DNA from: an uncultured archaeon
GTDB lineage: Archaea; Asgardarchaeota; Lokiarchaeia; Sigyniarchaeales; SOKP01
NCBI GenBank assembly: GCA_964493715.1
Contig: CAZBPC010000090.1
Coordinates: 1-13,120 of the forward strand
Reading direction: 5' to 3'
Length of the DNA stretch: 13,120 nt
Each line of letters begins with the position of its first letter. The stretch's first letter is position 1. Below, piece by piece: positions 7,417 to 13,120 of the stretch. The position numbers were made by a program, and so were the translations under genes. A model generated the notes under the pieces. It had not been told where the DNA came from. It saw nothing but the letters and a program-made list of their open reading frames with translations, and searched no databases.

Positions 7417-8192
7417 TTGGGCAACGAAGGAATCAAAAATATTCAACAAAATATGAAAAATCTGTTTGAAAAGTTGTATAAAAAACCGAAAAGTGAATCC
7501 TTCCGAGACATATTTCGAGAGGTATATGGAAAGGAATATCCTGAAGAAGCTAATCCTGACGGTTTTGTCTCAAATACAGATTTACAAAACATTGTTGATC
7601 ATCTCAATGTCGGTCCCGGTGATAGAATCATTGATCTTGGCTGTGGGAGAGGAGGACCTGGTCTATGGATCGCGCGAAAAACAGAAGCTATTTATTTAGG
7701 GATTGATCTCTCTGAAAGTGCCGTTAACCAAGCTATTGAACGTGCTAAGACTTTTGGAATTAAAAGTGATGTAAAATTTGAATCTGAGATATTTTTTCAT
7801 TAAATTTCCCCGATAATTCTTTTAACGGAGCTATCAGCATCGACACCTTGAGCTTTGTACCTGACTTACAAAAAGCATTCTTAGAAATTTCGAGAATACT
7901 TCGACCGAAATCAAATCTAGTATTTACAACATGGGAGAAAAAAAAAATACCTAAACTTAAGGATTATCGACAGTATCTTTTAAATTCTGGATTTGATATA
8001 AAAAAATATGAGGAAATTGAGGGCTGGGAAAGACGTCAACGTGAAGTAGGTGAGAAGACGCTTGAATTAAAGAAAGTTTTAATTAAGGATATGGGGAGAG
8101 ATGGGGCTTTTGCCTGGATTTTAGATGCAAAAACGTTTTTACCAGGGCTAAAAGATTCGAGGCGTATTTTTGTGGTTGCGACCCAAAAATAA
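7417..8192 (+). pseudogene. Class I SAM-dependent methyltransferase split by a 1-nt frameshift at ~7786-7800 (pseudogene or sequencing error)
   Basis: The N-half has motif I IIDLGCGRGG and motif II LGIDLSE and stops at 7803. The -1 frame from 7788 reads DIFSLNFPDNSFNGAISIDTLSFVPDLQKAFLEISRILRPKSNLVF, the expected continuation. SD GAGGT (7407-7411) supports TTG 7417. Confidence 0.88.
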
Positions 8193-8298
8193 ATTATTTA
8201 ATAATATAATATTTAACGAATTTATTAAGTCAAAAAAACGGTCTTTAATATCACTCAGTGGATTTACTTGAAGTGCCTTGAGGAAAACGCGCGATTCA

Positions 8299-9492
8299 TT
8301 ATTCATTTTTTCTCTTTTGTCTCTTTCGAACGAATATAACTGCTGCACAAACAAGAGTAATTACCACTATTATGCTTGTAGTTAAAACAATTAGTTCAGG
8401 GGTGTTAAAAATAATATTATCAACAAATTGAATACCCACACTGTCAACTTGCTCTATTGTTCCTTTATTATTTATGATGGTATTTCTAACAATGTTAATA
8501 TTATTTGAAGAAACCAACTTCAGTGGACAGTTATTATTGTTGATAATCGTATTTTCCATTATTCGATTACTATCACTTAAAAGGAGATAGATTCCATTTT
8601 CATTATTATTAATCATGTTTCCCCAGATGTCTATATCAATGCTTTCTTTAAGACAAATCCCATACCACTCATTCTGGCTTATTGTATTAAATTGTATATC
8701 AATTCGATAACAATCAACACATATTATTCCATCTAGATAACTACTAGTGATAGTATTATCCCACATCCAAATATAGGAACCGCCTGCAACTCCAATTCCT
8801 TCATAATTTCTATTGATAAGGTTGTGATCAATACTTATCGTTTGACTAATGTCTTCAATATCAATTCCCGTATACTTGTTATTTTCAATTAAATTATAGG
8901 ATACATTACTTGCGTAGCAGTGACTTATTTTAATTCCATAGAATCTATTTTCACTAATATTATTTGAAAGGATGTTCATATTTGTACAGTTTTCTATATA
9001 GATTCCCGTAGCTAATTCTGAGGAAGCTCCTGTAATATTATTTGAAAAAATCCTCCCATATTTAGAATTGTTCAGGAAAATATTTGTGGCAAATTTACCT
9101 GAGGCACTATTTCCGGCATTAAAAAGATTACAATATTCTATTGTAAAGTATAATGAATCGGAATTTCTTATTTCAATGCAATTATTACTCCCCATTCCAT
9201 CAATGTTTAAATATGAAATCCGAAAAGGATCTTGTTGTGTTCCTGAACCATTACACCAGGACTGAGAAACAGCCCATGTCCAATTATGAGCGTCTGTTCC
9301 TTGAGCTTTAGCATCGATGAATATAGGATTTTCATCGAGATTTGCGGTCATGGGATACTCATTGTGCGAGATTCTGGGATTGAATGATACGTTTTTATTG
9401 ATCTCATTAATGACTATAGTAGATAGACTTACTGAAAGTATCATCATTACAATAATGATTTTTAAAGATTTTAGAAATACTTTACTCTTCAT
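8299..9492 (-). CDS. Membrane-anchored right-handed parallel beta-helix (NosD/CASH-like) extracellular protein
   Basis: N-terminal hydrophobic signal or anchor, cap motif NWTWAVSQSWCNGSGTQQDPFRI, ~22-23-aa Asn-ladder repeats (I..N.I..N...GI.I), and a C-terminal TM helix with a basic tail RKRQKRK. TGAGG SD at 9501-9505. Confidence 0.9.
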   Translation of the reverse strand: MKSKVFLKSLKIIIVMMILSVSLSTIVINEINKNVSFNPRISHNEYPMTANLDENPIFIDAKAQGTDAHNWTWAVSQSWCNGSGTQQDPFRISYLNIDGMGSNNCIEIRNSDSLYFTIEYCNLFNAGNSASGKFATNIFLNNSKYGRIFSNNITGASSELATGIYIENCTNMNILSNNISENRFYGIKISHCYASNVSYNLIENNKYTGIDIEDISQTISIDHNLINRNYEGIGVAGGSYIWMWDNTITSSYLDGIICVDCYRIDIQFNTISQNEWYGICLKESIDIDIWGNMINNNENGIYLLLSDSNRIMENTIINNNNCPLKLVSSNNINIVRNTIINNKGTIEQVDSVGIQFVDNIIFNTPELIVLTTSIIVVITLVCAAVIFVRKRQKRKNE

Positions 9493-9522
9493 TGAATAGG
9501 CCTCATTTAAGATTATTATGCA

Positions 9523-9530
9523 TATATAAA
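9523..9530 (-). promoter_or_regulatory. TATA box of the beta-helix gene
   Basis: TTTATATA on the minus strand, ~30 nt upstream of ATG 9492. Confidence 0.45.
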
Positions 9531-9664
9531 ATTACCTATTTAAATGTAAGCAATGCCATTCATTCAATTCTTATATTGAAATTAAAAAAAATTATTGAAA
9601 CATTCTGCATTTTCTGATTTAGATGAATTTATTATTAAGGGTGGTAATATAATGTTCATACGAT

Positions 9665-10801
9665 ATGGTTTTGATAAATATGTCAAAAAAAGATATTAAT
9701 ATACCTACCAACATAGAAGATTTGATGCAAATCTACGCCAACTATGAAAATAGTCAAAAACATAAGGGCCCTTTCGACTCGCCCGACATCCTGCAAAATT
9801 CCGCGTACGGCTCAGATCCAATGACGCCCTTTCACAAGAAATATTATTATTCAAAGTATCGAGCCGTGCATTATTGGATAATGCTCTCGTGTTTATTTTT
9901 GAGCATCATATTGTTTATAGTGTATTTCATTGGATTTTATGTGGTGCTCAATTTTACAGGGTTCGATGTGTGGACGAGTTTCGTCTCAAGAAATATCATA
10001 TTTTTTGTTGCTTTCTTGTATTCTGTTTTTATATCAGTCCTCATTCCAAGGTTCGCACTCAACAGGTGGAATTGGAAATACCCTTCGATATTAATTCCAC
10101 TAAGCATCGGGATAATTTTCGCGGTCTTGTCGTTTCTTGGTATTGACACAGAATCTACAGAATCGCTTGTGGCAGCACTTTTTACAATGTGTGGAATTTC
10201 TTTGGGTCCAGCTTGTTTGATGATTTATCTTTCTTACAGGAATTATAGTTACATTACGGATTATGGGGGAATCCACTTGCATTTGGGATGGATATATCGG
10301 ATAGCTCAGACAAATGGAAATTTAAAAGTATTAAACATATCTATCGCGCGTTTAATTGAAGATTTAGATATATGGCTAATTGACACTTCAAAAATCACGT
10401 TAAAGAACAAGCAACAGATTCTCCAAGGCTTTTATCTCAAGATAATTTCTGACAAGAATTATTTGGCGGAATTTAATCAAAGTTATAAGAATGATTTTGA
10501 GAGAATTTTTAAGGGATTGCTAGTCGAAGAAGTGTTGCATTCAGACGCCTTTTCACACGTGAAGGATAAAAGTATTCCGAAATTGAGTCGTACTGACTTG
10601 GAGTACCTCCGATATAGGTTAGCTCTTACTCAGCTCCCAGGAATCATAGAACTAATAGAAAAATTGACTTCAACAAAAGTAAAAATTAAGATCTACTCCA
10701 CCATTGACAAAATTAAGAAAATCTGGTCGAAAATCCTTGCTGCATTCATATTCTTGGTCTCAACCTTAATACCCCTGATTTTATCTTTAGTTATATCTTG
10801 A
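9665..10801 (+). CDS. Hypothetical integral membrane protein (about 4 TM helices, a helical soluble domain and a C-terminal TM)
   Basis: 378-aa ORF with hydrophobic segments around aa 70-95, 110-131, 141-159, 168-190 and the last ~23 aa. No family recognised. The start may be Met6 (9680). Confidence 0.8.
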   Translation: MVLINMSKKDINIPTNIEDLMQIYANYENSQKHKGPFDSPDILQNSAYGSDPMTPFHKKYYYSKYRAVHYWIMLSCLFLSIILFIVYFIGFYVVLNFTGFDVWTSFVSRNIIFFVAFLYSVFISVLIPRFALNRWNWKYPSILIPLSIGIIFAVLSFLGIDTESTESLVAALFTMCGISLGPACLMIYLSYRNYSYITDYGGIHLHLGWIYRIAQTNGNLKVLNISIARLIEDLDIWLIDTSKITLKNKQQILQGFYLKIISDKNYLAEFNQSYKNDFERIFKGLLVEEVLHSDAFSHVKDKSIPKLSRTDLEYLRYRLALTQLPGIIELIEKLTSTKVKIKIYSTIDKIKKIWSKILAAFIFLVSTLIPLILSLVIS

Positions 10802-10971
10802 TTCATCACAAAAAGAAACATTAATTAGAATTATTATTAGTATTATTTTCTAACGTAATTTCTTTTTTTTTTATGTATTTTTCATAATACTAAGGTTTAA
10901 TACATTTGGAACTATATCTTACTTGCTTGAACAGAAGCATTTCAAGTATAAAATTAAAATTTGGTGAAACA

Positions 10972-11112
10972 ATGTCTAATAGAAATTATGGCAATAGAAC
11001 GATGCACAAAGCCACGTGTGCCGACTGTGGGAACGAGTGCGAGGTTCCATTTCAGCCCAAAGAAGGCAGACCCGTCTATTGTCGAGATTGTTATAAAAAA
11101 CATAAACGATAA
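10972..11112 (+). CDS. Small CxxC-x17-CxxC zinc-finger protein (46 aa)
   Basis: MHKATCADCGNECEVPFQPKEGRPVYCRDCY gives C16-x2-C19-x17-C37-x2-C40. SD GGTGA (10963-10967) sits just before ATG 10972. Confidence 0.93.
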   Translation: MSNRNYGNRTMHKATCADCGNECEVPFQPKEGRPVYCRDCYKKHKR

Positions 11113-11285
11113 TTTATTCTAATTTTTCTAAGTTGTGATTACTCCCTAATACTTATTCTTTAACTTATCGAGTAATGATTTATTTTTTTTTAGATCCTAA
11201 TTCTATTAATTTCTCACAAAAAAGATTAATACCTTGAAAAATGAAATAAATTAATTTTTTTTACATTTTTTTTTGAATCAAATAA

Positions 11286-12098
11286 ATGAATATTGCAATC
11301 GTTTATTTCTCCGCAACGGGAATAACTAAAAAAATTTCAAGTCAAATTGCTACGGTTTTAGAATCAGAAGGAAACTCTGTAGACCTGACAAACATAATTA
11401 AACCTGATAAAAGGAAATCTCAAATTGATTTCTCTGAATTTGATGCTTGCATCTTTGGATTCCCAGTTTTCGGAGGAAGACCTCCCGTAGTCGTTGAAGA
11501 GTGGTTAAGTACACTTGATGGTAAGAACCTAAAATGCTCCATGTTTTTTACCTATGGTGCACGAGCTTTAGAATGGGCACATCAAATTACTTACTATTTA
11601 TTAACAAGAGCAAATTTTCAAGTAGTCTTATCGGCAGAATTCATCGGAAGACATTCATTTAATATCGCAGAAGGATGGTCACTTGCAGAAGATCGCCCTA
11701 ATGCCTTAGATTTAAATGTAGCTACAGAATTCGCACGACAATCAATTATTCGATTTCAAAAGCCCATTGAGTTCAAAATTGACTTAACAGCATTTACTTA
11801 TAAACCTTTAGAAGTCAGTGAAACTACTGGATCCTGGGCTAAATTCTATCCTTCAAGAGAGGAGGAAGAATGTAGCATGTGCTATTTATGCGAAAAAGAG
11901 TGTCCAACAGGATCTTTTGATGCAAAGGAAGGGAAATCTAACAGAAAATCTTGCATTACGTGCATGCATTGCGTTATCATCTGTCCAGATCAAGTAATCA
12001 AGATAGGGAACGTATCTAAATTATATAAAAGATTTATGAAACACTTTCGGTTAACTGAAGAAATTGTTAAACAAAAAAGAAGTAAGATAATATTTTAG
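11286..12098 (+). CDS. EFR1-family ferredoxin: N-terminal flavodoxin-like domain plus 2x[4Fe-4S] domain
   Basis: IVYFSATGIT (FMN phosphate loop) and GFPVFGGRPP; two CxxCxxCxxxCP motifs (CSMCYLCEKECP and CITCMHCVIICP). Confidence 0.92.
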   Translation: MNIAIVYFSATGITKKISSQIATVLESEGNSVDLTNIIKPDKRKSQIDFSEFDACIFGFPVFGGRPPVVVEEWLSTLDGKNLKCSMFFTYGARALEWAHQITYYLLTRANFQVVLSAEFIGRHSFNIAEGWSLAEDRPNALDLNVATEFARQSIIRFQKPIEFKIDLTAFTYKPLEVSETTGSWAKFYPSREEEECSMCYLCEKECPTGSFDAKEGKSNRKSCITCMHCVIICPDQVIKIGNVSKLYKRFMKHFRLTEEIVKQKRSKIIF

Positions 12099-12144
12099 TT
12101 ATTTTTTATCACCACGCATAATACCGAACTATTGAAATGCTTTT

Positions 12145-12762
12145 TTACACGCATATTGATTGATTGGATCGTAGAGCTATTGCATCAAAGATACCTGTGG
12201 CTTGATCTGATGAATACGTATAGGGACATACATCTCCAAGCAACTTTTCAACCATGTAATGTAGATGCGAGTAGTAACCTGAATATAATAAGGTTGCGAT
12301 CCGCGTTCCAACTTCTAATCGTTGAAATATTGAAACTCCAATCGATTCCCTTTGTAGCGTATTATTATAAATGTCGTCTCCGGGAAAATTTGGCTCTAAA
12401 ACTAACTTCACGTTCCAACCCCAATTTATTTGAATTTGAATATCAAAAAGAATATTTTTAATTACTGAATTCTCATTTTGGTGCTCGGTTATTGCAACAA
12501 CCGTTCCCTTAACCGGTGATATAATTGTAACTGATGTGTTTATGACCAAGTCAATACCATTATGATGAGTACCTGGACCGCTCCAATCTTCAATACCATA
12601 GGCACTCATTGAAAATATATTATCTTCTTCAAGAATTGGAAAATCTAATAAGGGCTGGCTGAATGTTGGTGGAACACCTAAAATTAAAGCATATGTTAGG
12701 GTTCCTCCTCCTATTATTACGAGGATCAAACCAATAATCTTCTGTTTCTTTGAAAACTTCAT
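12145..12762 (-). CDS. Membrane-anchored or secreted M23-like (LytM-fold) zinc metallopeptidase homolog
   Basis: Basic then hydrophobic N-terminus; H67-NGI-D71 (HxxxD), ISPVKGTVV, V..FQRLEVGTRIA and H166-L-H168 (HxH), followed by VCP. Confidence 0.75.
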   Translation of the reverse strand: MKFSKKQKIIGLILVIIGGGTLTYALILGVPPTFSQPLLDFPILEEDNIFSMSAYGIEDWSGPGTHHNGIDLVINTSVTIISPVKGTVVAITEHQNENSVIKNILFDIQIQINWGWNVKLVLEPNFPGDDIYNNTLQRESIGVSIFQRLEVGTRIATLLYSGYYSHLHYMVEKLLGDVCPYTYSSDQATGIFDAIALRSNQSICV

Positions 12763-12832
12763 CTGATTATTATTTATTTACCTGCTCAATTTTAAACTTT
12801 TTTAGCTTATTTATTTACCAAATAAATTTTAT

Positions 12833-13120
12833 TTACTTATCTAAATTTTCCTTTACTCTATACGCTACGATCTTTCTCACTAGATCATGAGGAATCGGCT
12901 TATCTATCGGAAACTTGACGGTACCCTTTGAGGTTTCATACGGAGCCAATTCTTTTTTAAATACGTCAATTCCAGAGGGAGTTGGATAAAAACCAACGTG
13001 ATTTTTATATGCTGCGAAGTGCACCAAGTTGCCATTAAGCTTGAACGTGGGCATTTGATAACTGATCGCTTCTTTAGCCTCGGGGGCTGCCTCTCTAATC
13101 GTTTGCCTCATTTTTTCTAA
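12833..13120 (-). CDS. DUF1801 / YdhG-like (iron chaperone family) protein; 5'-truncated by the window edge
   Basis: IREAAPEAKEAISYQMPTF, LVHFAAYKNHVGFYP and SKGTVKFPIDKPIP. The frame stays open to the window end (LEK before Met 13111). Confidence 0.9.
   Translation of the reverse strand, partial: LEKMRQTIREAAPEAKEAISYQMPTFKLNGNLVHFAAYKNHVGFYPTPSGIDVFKKELAPYETSKGTVKFPIDKPIPHDLVRKIVAYRVKENLDK

Noticed and set aside
7848-8192. Independent 114-aa gene
   Set aside because: It is the C-terminal half of the frameshifted methyltransferase, and homology continues upstream of the TTG.
8241-8297. Slightly GC-richer patch with the mini-dyad CACT-C-AGTG between convergent genes
   Set aside because: The stem is too short and there is no tRNA-like or other extended structure.
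10906-10971. TTG-initiated 22-aa N-terminal extension of the zinc-finger ORF
   Set aside because: SD GGTGA sits directly before ATG 10972, and the extension overlaps the promoter or leader region.
7466-12461. Overlapping or alternate-frame ORFs 7466..7699, 8148..8354, 9068..9265, 9317..9499, 9874..10146, 9937..10149, 10100..10282 and 12132..12461
   Set aside because: They overlap stronger genes, have no protein-family signal and mostly lack an SD.
1-13120. CRISPR array, tRNA/rRNA, transposase or integrase, selenoprotein read-through
   Set aside because: I saw no regularly spaced repeats, cloverleaf, mobile-element motifs, or in-frame TGA interrupting a homologous domain.

Overview
AT-rich, gene-dense archaeal chromosomal segment with archaeal TATA boxes, GAGGTG/GGTGA ribosome-binding sites and oligo-T terminators. 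The gene content strongly suggests an Asgard archaeon, probably Lokiarchaeia (inference): a Rab-like small GTPase without a prenylation motif, a Roadblock/LC7 protein, a membrane-anchored beta-helix protein and a large Ig-repeat surface protein. In order: 3' end of a large surface protein, Rab-like GTPase, malic enzyme, a 210-aa all-helical protein, GapN, a stand-alone Smr protein, Roadblock/LC7, a frameshifted SAM methyltransferase, a NosD-like beta-helix protein (-), an unknown membrane protein, a CxxC-x17-CxxC zinc-finger protein, an EFR1-type flavodoxin/ferredoxin, an M23-like peptidase (-) and a truncated DUF1801/YdhG gene (-). The main finding is the 4122..4754 protein. By manual comparison it aligns almost without gaps to the BAR domain of eukaryotic FAM92/CIBAR, a ciliary-base membrane-shaping protein (reference sequence recalled from memory, needs confirmation). 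Its ribosome-binding site points at an upstream in-frame ACG that would add an amphipathic N-terminal helix. No CRISPR array, RNA gene or mobile element was recognised.
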